From IMG/VR virus record IMGVR_UViG_2974543594_000001, positions 6,679 to 70,678 of that record: a DNA stretch of 64,000 nucleotides; one strand, 5' to 3'. Shown piece by piece: positions 31,236 to 40,166 of this stretch. The notes under the pieces were generated by a model, which was given only the letters and a program-made list of their open reading frames with translations, ran no database searches and was not told where the DNA came from. The stretch's first letter is position 1. Each line of letters starts with the position of its first letter. Both the position numbers and the translations under genes were made by a program. The stretch is from a virus.

Positions 31236-31257
31236 AGAAAAGCCCCGATTAAGGGGC
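31236..31257 (-). terminator. intrinsic terminator
   Basis: GCCCC-gattaa-GGGGC with U-rich tracts on both sides. The stop codon of the upstream gene sits in the loop. Confidence 0.45.
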
Positions 31258-31488
31258 TTTATAACTATCTTCAGTAAATTCTATGAAATAACCAATCTTC
31301 TGCTTCTCTGAATCAGAAAAGTCCTGTGTTGCCATTAATTCTAAACCTTTCAATAGTTCAGCATATAGCTTCTGAACATTAATAGTTTGAATGTCTACTC
31401 CATCAGGAGGTGTGATTCCATAGAATAATTCGGATAATACACCGTTTTCTACATAAGCTTTTAAAGAAGCAAATCCAGATTTAGCCAT
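31249..31488 (-). CDS. hypothetical protein
   Basis: Track ORF 31249..31566 trimmed to the ATG at 31488 (M27). This removes the 70-nt overlap with the DUF1653 gene. Confidence 0.4.
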   Translation of the reverse strand: MAKSGFASLKAYVENGVLSELFYGITPPDGVDIQTINVQKLYAELLKGLELMATQDFSDSEKQKIGYFIEFTEDSYKAP

Positions 31489-31495
31489 AACTTGC

Positions 31496-31699
31496 CTACA
31501 CTTTTTTGTGAAATGACTCATGCCATGTATGCAGAGGTCTAGACCAAACAGCATTGGTAAACCCAATGGTTTGATAGACTACTGTCACAGGGTACTTATG
31601 AGCATTTTCTAATCTGGCTTGAGTATTGGTTAACATCAGAATGCGGTAATGACCTCCATTCTTATGAATCCATACTTCACCAGCTACAGGTGTATCCAT
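31496..31699 (-). CDS. DUF1653 family protein
   Basis: 67 aa. GxWxHxKGGxYRIL...VVYQ pattern is typical of DUF1653. Confidence 0.55.
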   Translation of the reverse strand: MDTPVAGEVWIHKNGGHYRILMLTNTQARLENAHKYPVTVVYQTIGFTNAVWSRPLHTWHESFHKKV

Positions 31700-31962
31700 T
31701 ATTTCTTACCTTCGTAGAAGTACACTGCGTATACAACTAAAGGCCAGAATACTGCAAAGATGCATAACCAAGTTAAGTATGCTGGGATTAGGATGGCGTA
31801 GTAAACTCCATCATCATCAAAGCATTCTCTTAACTTGCTTCTCTTTTCATTGACCTTATTTCCATTTCGGATATGAAGGGTGTAAAGAGTTACACATAGA
31901 CCGATTAAAAACCAGAGGGTAAACATATTATCTCCAACCTCATCCTTGAGGTTTGTCGTCAT
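31699..31962 (-). CDS. small membrane protein
   Basis: 87 aa with two predicted TM helices. Confidence 0.45.
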   Translation of the reverse strand: MTTNLKDEVGDNMFTLWFLIGLCVTLYTLHIRNGNKVNEKRSKLRECFDDDGVYYAILIPAYLTWLCIFAVFWPLVVYAVYFYEGKK

Positions 31963-32092
31963 CCTGTTGATTAAGTGCCATATAGATGAACCAGAATATG
32001 CCTGCTATCACAGCAACTGTCAGAACTAGAGGCCATGCAAAGAAGACCCCTACTATGAGAGCAGTAATGAAAGCAGCTTTAAGTGCTTTCAT
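31940..32092 (-). CDS. small hydrophobic membrane peptide (not in the ORF track)
   Basis: 50 aa: MKALKAAFITALIVGVFFAWPLVLTVAVIAGIFWFIYMALNQQDDDKPQG. GGAG 5 nt upstream of the ATG at 32092. Confidence 0.45.
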   Translation of the reverse strand: MKALKAAFITALIVGVFFAWPLVLTVAVIAGIFWFIYMALNQQDDDKPQG

Positions 32093-32105
32093 CTTGGCTC
32101 CTTAA

Positions 32106-32543
32106 TTAGTTGCGAGCAAAGAGAGAACGAGTTTTCTGGCCTTCTAAGTATGCATCTACATCTGGGTCAGCATCGTCTGGGGTCTGAGGTTCTTCTTCTG
32201 GTTTGGTGTCAATTACATCTTCACCGACCACTGGAAGCTCCGCAGGAGCTTCTACAGCTTCTGCCCTCATGATTCCATGCCGAGGTTCAACGGTACGCTC
32301 TATGACCTCTGTACGAAGCCCTACACTGCCTTCAGATTTCTCTGTGCGGTTAATTGCTTGGGTTGGTACATGAGATTCAGTCAGCTTCTGTGGGACGATA
32401 TCCAGAGTGGCTGAGTAACCATTTTCACCACGACCTGCTTTCAGGTCGATAGTGATATCGTTACCTGGAGCTACATTGATGACACGGAAAGCATAGTCTT
32501 TCAGAGCTTCCAGGATTTCATCTTGGTTTAAAGTTATCTGCAT
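32106..32543 (-). CDS. hypothetical protein with acidic C-terminus
   Basis: 145 aa ORF. Confidence 0.4.
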   Translation of the reverse strand: MQITLNQDEILEALKDYAFRVINVAPGNDITIDLKAGRGENGYSATLDIVPQKLTESHVPTQAINRTEKSEGSVGLRTEVIERTVEPRHGIMRAEAVEAPAELPVVGEDVIDTKPEEEPQTPDDADPDVDAYLEGQKTRSLFARN

Positions 32544-32563
32544 GATAATTCCTTATTAATCAA

Positions 32564-33070
32564 TTAGTTACCATGATTTTCATGGAAATTAAATTTAGCT
32601 TTTGCATCGTCCCTAGCCTTAATGGCATCTTGAATAGATGCAAAAGTACCTAAATTATGATGCTTACCCTGGGAATAAATCCTTACAATCCAATTACCAA
32701 CCCTAGTTGGATAAACTCCAGTATGTCCTGAAGTATTGTTTTTGAATTTAGATTTATTCTTTTGGTTCACATCTTGAGGTACTTCCCTGTAATTACTAAA
32801 ACGGTTATCAGTTCTTATGTGATTGATATGGTCAATTTGCCCTTTGGGCCATTTACCTGTTTTAAGTAACCAAGCAACTCTATGCAGTTGATATACTTTT
32901 TTATCAATACCAATAACTAGATATCCGTGTTTAGATAAACTTCCGGCTACCATTCCAGCTCTAACTTGTGAATTACGGTTAACTTTCCATCGCATTTCAC
33001 CTGTGTCTGGATTATACGAAAGGAGTTCACTAGCTCTCTGGAATGAAAGCATATTAATCAATTTCCTCAA
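32564..33070 (-). CDS. HNH homing endonuclease with AP2 DNA-binding domain
   Basis: IDHINHIRTDNR is an HNH motif. GVYxxxxGNWIVRIxxxGKHHNLGTFASIQDA is an AP2 domain. Free-standing; overlaps the rusA-like start by 17 nt. Confidence 0.7.
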   Translation of the reverse strand: MRKLINMLSFQRASELLSYNPDTGEMRWKVNRNSQVRAGMVAGSLSKHGYLVIGIDKKVYQLHRVAWLLKTGKWPKGQIDHINHIRTDNRFSNYREVPQDVNQKNKSKFKNNTSGHTGVYPTRVGNWIVRIYSQGKHHNLGTFASIQDAIKARDDAKAKFNFHENHGN

Positions 33071-33437
33071 TAAAAATTTCTACTCTTGGCTTCTCTCGGT
33101 CTATAGACCCAAACCGAAAAGCCAATTCAGGAACATAAAGATAATTGTCATCTGGGAGTTTCCCTAGTTCTACTAGAGCATCTGCAAAAAACTTATCGAC
33201 AATGGAACATGCATTACCAACATCACTTAAGTGACGTGTACCTGGATAAAAGACATATGTAATACGAACCTTCTGAAAGGTCGGCAGCTGTAAAATCTGC
33301 TCTTCCATAATCTTTTTGAAGTTAACTTTGGCAGTATCCAATGCAAATCTATTCTCATTCCTGTATGTGTTCAGGTTGAGGGTGAATAGTTTGTTCTTGG
33401 ATTTGTGTACCCGGAGAGGTGCGATAAGTTTATGCAT
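33054..33437 (-). CDS. rusA: RusA-like Holliday junction resolvase
   Basis: 127 aa. The C-terminal half aligns in pattern with E. coli RusA (R..Y..P...D..N......DAL...G...DD). Confidence 0.5.
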   Translation of the reverse strand: MHKLIAPLRVHKSKNKLFTLNLNTYRNENRFALDTAKVNFKKIMEEQILQLPTFQKVRITYVFYPGTRHLSDVGNACSIVDKFFADALVELGKLPDDNYLYVPELAFRFGSIDREKPRVEIFIEEID

Positions 33438-33440
33438 GAA

Positions 33441-33686
33441 TTAAAGTCTCTTGTCATTAAAAATGACAGTGTAACCCTGAGACTTAAACCATTCGAGTTG
33501 CTTTAGTACGTGCGTTCTCATAAGTGACTTGGCGGAAGCATGTTCCCAACCAGTCAGGAGAACATCAATCTCTTTATCATCTGGGTTATCAATAATCCCT
33601 TGGATGATTTTATGAGATAACTTCTGGTATGCTGTACCAGAGACATTTTGGAACATCCTTACTTTAATAGTCATAAGAGCGCCCAT
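33441..33686 (-). CDS. hypothetical protein
   Basis: 81 aa ORF. Confidence 0.4.
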   Translation of the reverse strand: MGALMTIKVRMFQNVSGTAYQKLSHKIIQGIIDNPDDKEIDVLLTGWEHASAKSLMRTHVLKQLEWFKSQGYTVIFNDKRL

Positions 33687-33691
33687 TTAAA

Positions 33692-33720
33692 AGCCCACCG
33701 GAGTGGGCTTATTTTTTATT
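33692..33720. terminator. bidirectional intrinsic terminator after SSB-like gene
   Basis: AGCCCAC-cgga-GTGGGCT with an A-run before and T-run after. Confidence 0.5.
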
Positions 33721-34459
33721 ACTTAGAGAACAGAGATTTGGTTGGTTGTTTAGCAGCTGACGGAGCACCTGTTTTCACACCATCTAAACCTTTGGCTCTG
33801 TTGATGGTTTTACCAGCAAACTTGCTCTCCCAATCATTCTTGAATTTAGCTTCAGTTACCTGAGCTTCAATTTCAGGAACGGTGAGACCATCGTCTGCAC
33901 GGAAGAATTTGTTGATTTCATTAATGTCACGAGTCTCACCAGATGGCACATAAATTTTCTTACCATTGGAATCAACTTCACCTGAATCGACATTCTTGTC
34001 TACAGTGATACGTTGCAGACCAGTGAGAATCTGTTGACCAGTCAGCTCAACAAATACTTCAACTTCTGTCGGGACTTCACCTTTGGCATCGAAGTCATAC
34101 AGCTTGATGACTTTCTTCTCCAATTCACATTCACCAATTTCTTTACCTACTGTCAGCAGAGCTAAGCTATTGGCTGTGATAAAACCTGGCAAATAATGTT
34201 CTTTATTAGTACGAGTATCGATGTAAGTATTCTTGTTACCTTTGGCATCACCAGAAGTCATCCAGAGTTGCTGGCGTACTTCTTTGCCATTGATATCGAG
34301 AATGACGTTCAGTGCTAAGGCACCACCACCTGATTTAGACAGGTAGCCTACTTTGACTGTACTTGGATAAATGGCAGAGTCTAATGCACCGCCTCCACCA
34401 AGCACGTCCTTCTCACCTTCAACGCCAGCTTTGGTAGTCAGATTATTTAACAGAGACAT
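33719..34459 (-). CDS. putative ssDNA-binding protein (N4 gp45-like position)
   Basis: 246 aa, Gly-rich N-terminus. Adjacent to a Sak4-like ATPase. Assignment by context and size only. Confidence 0.35.
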   Translation of the reverse strand: MSLLNNLTTKAGVEGEKDVLGGGGALDSAIYPSTVKVGYLSKSGGGALALNVILDINGKEVRQQLWMTSGDAKGNKNTYIDTRTNKEHYLPGFITANSLALLTVGKEIGECELEKKVIKLYDFDAKGEVPTEVEVFVELTGQQILTGLQRITVDKNVDSGEVDSNGKKIYVPSGETRDINEINKFFRADDGLTVPEIEAQVTEAKFKNDWESKFAGKTINRAKGLDGVKTGAPSAAKQPTKSLFSK

Positions 34460-34468
34460 ATTTTATCC

Positions 34469-35200
34469 TTAATCTTCTTCGTAGAATTCTTTGATTCGAT
34501 TTAATACTTTCATTGCATCGTTATCGATGAATGTTTCAGACGTCTTCCACATAAAACGTGGAGAACGAATACGTTCATGGACCGTATCTTTAGTGATACA
34601 GGTCTGGAACACATGCTTGAAGCCAAGCATTTCTTCCTCTGGAGTCACCACCAATAAATCATTTTCATAATTCTTGAGGTGCTTCAGTTGCATCTTTTTG
34701 GCATAGACAATACAAGTAAAGTACGCCTCAATACCTTGGTTCTTGAGAGCACCCTTAACAGGGATTTTGGTCTCAATGACCATCTCATTCTCATTGAGCT
34801 GAGATAAGGTATGAGCAGTAAAGATTACTCGTTTAGTAGACTTAGCTACCTTGTCCTGCATCAGATTCTTGAAGAACTGGTTATAGTCCGCCCATCCTTT
34901 CATGGTATTGGTTGAGTTCACTACATAGAGTGACTCAAACATATCCATCAGGAATGTAATGGAATCCACAACAATGGTATGAATATGTGGCATATTCTCT
35001 GCTGCATCGAATGCCTCATACACTTGAAGTGGGTCTGTGATTACATACCTGTCAAACTTGTTTGGAAATGGCAGACGCTTACCTGATTCACAGTTCAGGT
35101 ACATTACACCCGGATGGTCTGGCAACGTCATTAACGATGCAGATTTACCAGACGAAGATGCACCCGCAATGAGTAGCAGGTCTTTGATTGGTTCTGACAT
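34469..35200 (-). CDS. Sak4-like RecA-fold ATPase (AAA_24 type)
   Basis: 243 aa. Walker A is AGASSSGKS. Walker B-like is VVDSITF. Size and SSB adjacency are typical of Sak4. Confidence 0.4.
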   Translation of the reverse strand: MSEPIKDLLLIAGASSSGKSASLMTLPDHPGVMYLNCESGKRLPFPNKFDRYVITDPLQVYEAFDAAENMPHIHTIVVDSITFLMDMFESLYVVNSTNTMKGWADYNQFFKNLMQDKVAKSTKRVIFTAHTLSQLNENEMVIETKIPVKGALKNQGIEAYFTCIVYAKKMQLKHLKNYENDLLVVTPEEEMLGFKHVFQTCITKDTVHERIRSPRFMWKTSETFIDNDAMKVLNRIKEFYEED

Positions 35201-35250
35201 TATTTCTCCTGATGGATTGGAGTAAAGACTATAAAGCCTCTTAACAGAGG

Positions 35251-37425
35251 CTATTTCTCAGAGATTTTCTTACTTACGCTGCGCATGATAGTACTATGAA
35301 TTTCAATCTCTGGGAGTCCGTTATCCAGCTTGGCATTGAAGCCAAGTACCTTATCCAGAATAGACTGATAGTTCATGCCTGTATCAGCTAACATCATAGC
35401 AAATTTCAGCAGTTGATTGTTGCGATTTCCTGCCCCCATACGTTGGGCAAACCAACGTTCAAGGTTGTCGAGATTGCTCAAATCAACCATAGTCTTCTTC
35501 AACTCATCGTTCTTACTTGTCTTTGGAATGAACGCCAGTGCATCAAGAATTTCACCCTCATTGAAGAAAGTCTTGCCCGGATGGGTAGACCACTTTCTGC
35601 AACGTTGACTGGTTTGTTCATCTACAGAGAACGGTAACCATTCGAAGATGTTGTTCATGAATTCTCTGAATTCATTTTCATCGAGTTTCAGATGATAGTT
35701 GATTGGCATAATGAGTCTGAACCGGTCACCATATCCTTCGGTCTGGTGCCGCTTGGTTGTATGGATGAAGTACATATAGTCTTTCATCAATACCTTAACC
35801 TCTTCCAATGAAGTTCCTTCATCAACATCGATAACTACAACGTTGAATCCCGGAATCATATTGGCTCCATCCCTGTGACCATTACCAACATTACCTTTGA
35901 GTATTGCATGGTTAACCCAATGCATATCTTCCATCTGACATAGCTGCATCAGATTCTCAAAGGAGATTTGTTCAGACAGGTAGTCATATGCTACATGACC
36001 GCTGTAACTTACTGTTAGCTTATCAAGTGATGTTGGCTTAAGAGCCTCACCCTTGAAGAACTCAATACCATCAATGAATGTCTTCTTGATGATAATGTGA
36101 TGCTTATAGCCGTAAGCAATGGCTAAGTTCATTAGCTCTTGCTTCTGAGAGTTACTGCCTTTGTAGAATGGTAAGTCCTCTACCAAATCTACATGAGTTA
36201 CTTCCTTGCCTACTTCTGCAATGTAGTTGGCTAACTTCACATAGTTCTTCTCACGACTAAGAATTCTGTTAAAAGCTTCACCAGACTCTTCGACTAACTT
36301 AATCGCAGACATAAGCTGTGATTCTGTTACTTCTGGGGTCTCGTCAACAAATGCATACACCCCAGATAACTTGAGTGCTTTAAAGTATCTGTGACGTAGT
36401 TCTGCTTTACGAATCTCTTCGTGGTCAGGGAGCTTATCAGCTAACTGTTCACAGTGAAGTTTGTAGGCAATGAGCTTAATGCTCACATCTCTGTTAACCA
36501 TGATATGTTGGTTAAACTTAACTGCATCTGCCAACATACCAAAGTGTTGAGATAGTCTCACTACAGTGGCATTAGAGGTAGAGTCAGTAAGCATGTCGAA
36601 GATTTGTTCTGGAGTCATCTCTGCTTCGAAATCCTCTTTACGAGAATATCCAAACAGACAACGTCTTGCATAACCTGCTTCCAGCAGAGCATAGAACTCA
36701 TCTTCTTCTTTACCACCATTCAGCAAACTACTTGGTGTACCAAACATGAGCATGTTAGATGGAGTTTTACCATCCAACTCTTCTGCTCGCTGTGAGTCTG
36801 CTGTGTTTTTGATTAACTTCTGTTTAATCTGCCCTTGGTCATATAACTCAAGGAATGCAGTTAACAGGTCGGTGTTAGCAATCAGGTTCTTACCTAATTC
36901 ATCACACTCGAAAGATGCTGCACCAGCATTAGCTAACAACAGTTTATGACGTAACTGCTTGAGAGCAGGTACAGTACCACTATCAAATGAATAGGCTAAT
37001 GCACCAGTTGAGGCGAATTCCTTCTCAACTTTAACCAATTCATCTGCTGGGTCTGTACCATTTTTAGAAGCTCTTTGAGCAGCTATATCAACAAGGTTCT
37101 GTTGAGCTACAAATGGGAATGTATCATTGAGAAATGCCCGTTTAAACTGGCTTAAGAACTGTCCTTCAATGATGTTGGTTGAGTGTCCTTTACCTGAGCC
37201 AGATGGGGCTAAGTTCAGGACATAGACGTTTACAGGAAGTTTACCTCTATCCAGTGTATCCAACGTGCAACGCATGTTAGATGCCATCTTAGCTAAGAAG
37301 TAACTTACCTGTACCCTAAAGAACAGACGGTTATTGTTAAGTGTCTTTTTACAGAGCACATCAACAATCTGTTCAGTAATGGGATGATAAGTCGCAGATG
37401 ATAAATCAAACATTGGATTCCTCAA
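35251..37425 (-). CDS. putative DNA primase (AEP-like C-terminal domain)
   Basis: 724 aa. VVVIDVDEG (hhhDhD) and a downstream H-containing strand in the C-terminal 200 aa. Sits within the replication gene cluster. Confidence 0.4.
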   Translation of the reverse strand: MRNPMFDLSSATYHPITEQIVDVLCKKTLNNNRLFFRVQVSYFLAKMASNMRCTLDTLDRGKLPVNVYVLNLAPSGSGKGHSTNIIEGQFLSQFKRAFLNDTFPFVAQQNLVDIAAQRASKNGTDPADELVKVEKEFASTGALAYSFDSGTVPALKQLRHKLLLANAGAASFECDELGKNLIANTDLLTAFLELYDQGQIKQKLIKNTADSQRAEELDGKTPSNMLMFGTPSSLLNGGKEEDEFYALLEAGYARRCLFGYSRKEDFEAEMTPEQIFDMLTDSTSNATVVRLSQHFGMLADAVKFNQHIMVNRDVSIKLIAYKLHCEQLADKLPDHEEIRKAELRHRYFKALKLSGVYAFVDETPEVTESQLMSAIKLVEESGEAFNRILSREKNYVKLANYIAEVGKEVTHVDLVEDLPFYKGSNSQKQELMNLAIAYGYKHHIIIKKTFIDGIEFFKGEALKPTSLDKLTVSYSGHVAYDYLSEQISFENLMQLCQMEDMHWVNHAILKGNVGNGHRDGANMIPGFNVVVIDVDEGTSLEEVKVLMKDYMYFIHTTKRHQTEGYGDRFRLIMPINYHLKLDENEFREFMNNIFEWLPFSVDEQTSQRCRKWSTHPGKTFFNEGEILDALAFIPKTSKNDELKKTMVDLSNLDNLERWFAQRMGAGNRNNQLLKFAMMLADTGMNYQSILDKVLGFNAKLDNGLPEIEIHSTIMRSVSKKISEK

Positions 37426-38408
37426 TCTGAAATATTAAGTTCACCTGATGCCAGATACTTATCTTTCTGAGTACAACTTGCGTAGACACTACAGAATCTA
37501 CACGCTTTCACTTCACCCGGTACTGTAACTACAATCCCTACTCCACCATCCTTCGCTAAAGCTAGGTTGGCATCATGGAGATTGTCATGGTTACTGGTAC
37601 TACGCCCCATCTTCTGGGGATTTTTGTAGTACTTATACTTAGGTTCTGTACGCCATAACTCTTCATCTGTACATTCAGGAAGCTCTGGTTCAGGAGTGTC
37701 TTTGTATCGTTCTAACGCAGACAACTTGGAGGCGATATACTGCTCCGTTTCCTGTACAGATTTCAACTGCAATGGATATTCTAAAATCTTCTGTTGAGGA
37801 TAATCCTTATTACTTCTGGCTTGGTTTGCAGACCAATCAACGAAGAGATAATCAATGTACATGTGGTCATGCTTGATTTTCTCTGGGTTGAGCCAGCGGT
37901 AAATACTACCCTGCATTCTAAACTTCTCGTCATTGGACTTATTCGTATAAGTGAATACGCTGGTGGACTTAACGTCCCTCAGTCGATATTCCATCACCAT
38001 GTCGAACTTCCCGCCAATGGTCCAACCTTTGAATTCCTTTTCAACACGAGTTTCTAACCAGATTGGAATGATATCGTCATTCAGTTCTTCTTCACTTGGA
38101 TTGATACGAATCGCATCAATGACTCTCTTGGGATAACCAAGAGCTTTCAGCGATTCTCGATAATTACCTTTCCAGGCTCTCTCAATCGCATCGTGGAAGG
38201 CTGAACCCATCCGGTTAGGGATTTGTGAGGATATGTCTACAGCAACGTCTGTAGTGCCTGTGAGACGCTTCATTAACGTTAGCTGACGAACACTCTTCAA
38301 TAAGCTAGTTGCAGAGATGTAGTTTGGCTTCTCAACATAATCGTAATCATCTTGAGCCAACCAAACTGCCATCGATAAAGCGATGTTAGTATTGTTGGTC
38401 AGTTTCAT
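37422..38408 (-). CDS. PD-(D/E)XK exonuclease, Cas4/RecB-like with C-terminal Fe-S cysteine cluster
   Basis: 328 aa. FD...EYRLRDVK core. CRFCSVYASC (C-x2-C-x5-C) plus an upstream Cys. Confidence 0.5.
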   Translation of the reverse strand: MKLTNNTNIALSMAVWLAQDDYDYVEKPNYISATSLLKSVRQLTLMKRLTGTTDVAVDISSQIPNRMGSAFHDAIERAWKGNYRESLKALGYPKRVIDAIRINPSEEELNDDIIPIWLETRVEKEFKGWTIGGKFDMVMEYRLRDVKSTSVFTYTNKSNDEKFRMQGSIYRWLNPEKIKHDHMYIDYLFVDWSANQARSNKDYPQQKILEYPLQLKSVQETEQYIASKLSALERYKDTPEPELPECTDEELWRTEPKYKYYKNPQKMGRSTSNHDNLHDANLALAKDGGVGIVVTVPGEVKACRFCSVYASCTQKDKYLASGELNISD

Positions 38409-38410
38409 GA

Positions 38411-39058
38411 TTACGCCTTCTTATCAGAAGGGATGCCAATAGAGGCATTCAGATTGGCGAAGTCGATTGCAGGTAATCCAGCGCGGACTACTTCGATATC
38501 AGTTGGAATCAGCTCTGCTGCTTCAGGCCATACTTCAACTAGACGTTTGGTAGTAGATACAGAGTAAACTACTGCTTTAACGTTTTCTTTGATGCTTCTA
38601 GCAGAAGAATCTAATTCTTCTACGACTTTCTCTGCATCAAGGAACTTCTGAACCAGTGGGTTATCAGCAGTTAAGGTTGGTTTATTGCCAGCGTCTAGAC
38701 GGATAAACTTAAGCCCTTTAAACTCTTCTAAGGATAAAACAGTTTGAGATGGATACTGTACGTTCATCCCTGCAATATTAATCTTGTCAGCATTCCATGT
38801 GCTGTAGTCTCTTGGGTCTCTAACCAAGATACCTTCATCCTTTAAGGATTGAACCTTTTCTTGAATAGTATTGAATCTGTCGCAGAGACGACGATAAGCC
38901 TTCAGACCACCAAATGCAGCGATTAAACATTCCATTTTAATCTTTTCTACATTTTGTCTGGCTTCTTTTAAACGCTTAGGAAATCCAGATTTTTCCATTG
39001 CAGCAGCAACGATTTTGTCACGAGCATCATTAGTTAAACGAGTAGACATATACATCAC
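38411..39058 (-). CDS. hypothetical protein
   Basis: 215 aa ORF. Confidence 0.4.
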   Translation of the reverse strand: MMYMSTRLTNDARDKIVAAAMEKSGFPKRLKEARQNVEKIKMECLIAAFGGLKAYRRLCDRFNTIQEKVQSLKDEGILVRDPRDYSTWNADKINIAGMNVQYPSQTVLSLEEFKGLKFIRLDAGNKPTLTADNPLVQKFLDAEKVVEELDSSARSIKENVKAVVYSVSTTKRLVEVWPEAAELIPTDIEVVRAGLPAIDFANLNASIGIPSDKKA

Positions 39059-39802
39059 CTATTTAGTGAGAGCAGCCCAAGAGATTGGGAATAGAGGTTT
39101 AATGACTTCACGAACCATCTCTGCTAATTGTTGGATTTCAACTTGCGCATGAGAGTCACTACGCTTGTTGTAGAAGTTTGCGAAGGCAAGTAAGTTACCA
39201 GTCCAAGTCCAGTTAACCTCTACACCCTGTGGAAGGATGAAGCGAGCTTGCTCAGGAGCAACATCATCTTCAATCATCTTCTCGTAGAGATGGATAGCTG
39301 CATTAACATGGGAAGCATACACTTCTTTCCATGTATCATTTTCTGGATGGATACCTGCGCTACCCTGCTTAATACTTCCTTCTGGCTTGTTTCGAAACTC
39401 AGGTATGAAGATTTCAGGGGTGGTACTGATATACCGACGAGACTCTTCATTTTCTACCAGTCCCTGTTTATGCTTAAAGCATTGGGTTCTGATAGGAATT
39501 GGTGCCTGCATTTGTAAAGTAATTGCTGTATGAGCAAATGGAGTCCAGTGGGTAGCTTGATGACGAATGGAGTGATATAACTCTTCTTCAGCATTTTCAG
39601 GATATGCTGCGGTCATTCCTTGGCGAATTAACTGAAGTATCCCTGCTTTATCCTTGCTACTAATCCCTTCTGCAAGGTAACGAATCAAAGAAGCATTCTG
39701 AGCTTCTGTTCGTACACTTGCATCAGTTTGAGCAAATGATTGACGAGCTACATCTACAATGCGCTTGTCTGACCCCATATGGTCAACATAGATAACTTTC
39801 AT
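39059..39802 (-). CDS. ThyX-like flavin-dependent thymidylate synthase homolog with non-canonical active-site motif
   Basis: 247 aa. Clear ThyX pattern: HxTPFxH, APIxxRxQ, RADSHAQxEIQQ. The RHRxxS signature reads KHKQGL here. Confidence 0.55.
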   Translation of the reverse strand: MKVIYVDHMGSDKRIVDVARQSFAQTDASVRTEAQNASLIRYLAEGISSKDKAGILQLIRQGMTAAYPENAEEELYHSIRHQATHWTPFAHTAITLQMQAPIPIRTQCFKHKQGLVENEESRRYISTTPEIFIPEFRNKPEGSIKQGSAGIHPENDTWKEVYASHVNAAIHLYEKMIEDDVAPEQARFILPQGVEVNWTWTGNLLAFANFYNKRSDSHAQVEIQQLAEMVREVIKPLFPISWAALTK

Positions 39803-39803
39803 G

Positions 39804-40166
39804 TTAGCGCCTTCTGAAATGTTCTTTAAACTTCTGAGTCATTTGTTCCTCATCTAACTCAAGAGATAGTTGTTCTGGGACAGGCATTGCAGCTTCACCA
39901 GCTAAAGCAAAGTAAGCAGCCCCATCGACATAATCGTCTAGCTTAAAGCTCCCACCAGATGCTCTAGCTGCTTTCAAGAAAACCATGAACATCCAACCCT
40001 GCTCCTCTGTAAGGTTCAGGTTATACATGGCATTGAATGAAGCTACAGTTCGAGCCATAGAACGCTCTGACTCTTGGTCACGCTCACTTGCTCTATCACC
40101 AATACAACGAGATGCTTCCTGCAAAATGGCAGGAGCACTATCAATAGGGAACTGTAAAATTGTCAT
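39804..40166 (-). CDS. hypothetical protein
   Basis: 120 aa ORF. Confidence 0.4.
   Translation of the reverse strand: MTILQFPIDSAPAILQEASRCIGDRASERDQESERSMARTVASFNAMYNLNLTEEQGWMFMVFLKAARASGGSFKLDDYVDGAAYFALAGEAAMPVPEQLSLELDEEQMTQKFKEHFRRR

Noticed and set aside
31489-31566. Long form of ORF 31249..31566 overlapping the DUF1653 gene
   Set aside because: DUF1653 match supports 31496..31699 as real. Trimmed the downstream gene to the in-frame ATG at 31488, 5 nt after the DUF1653 stop.
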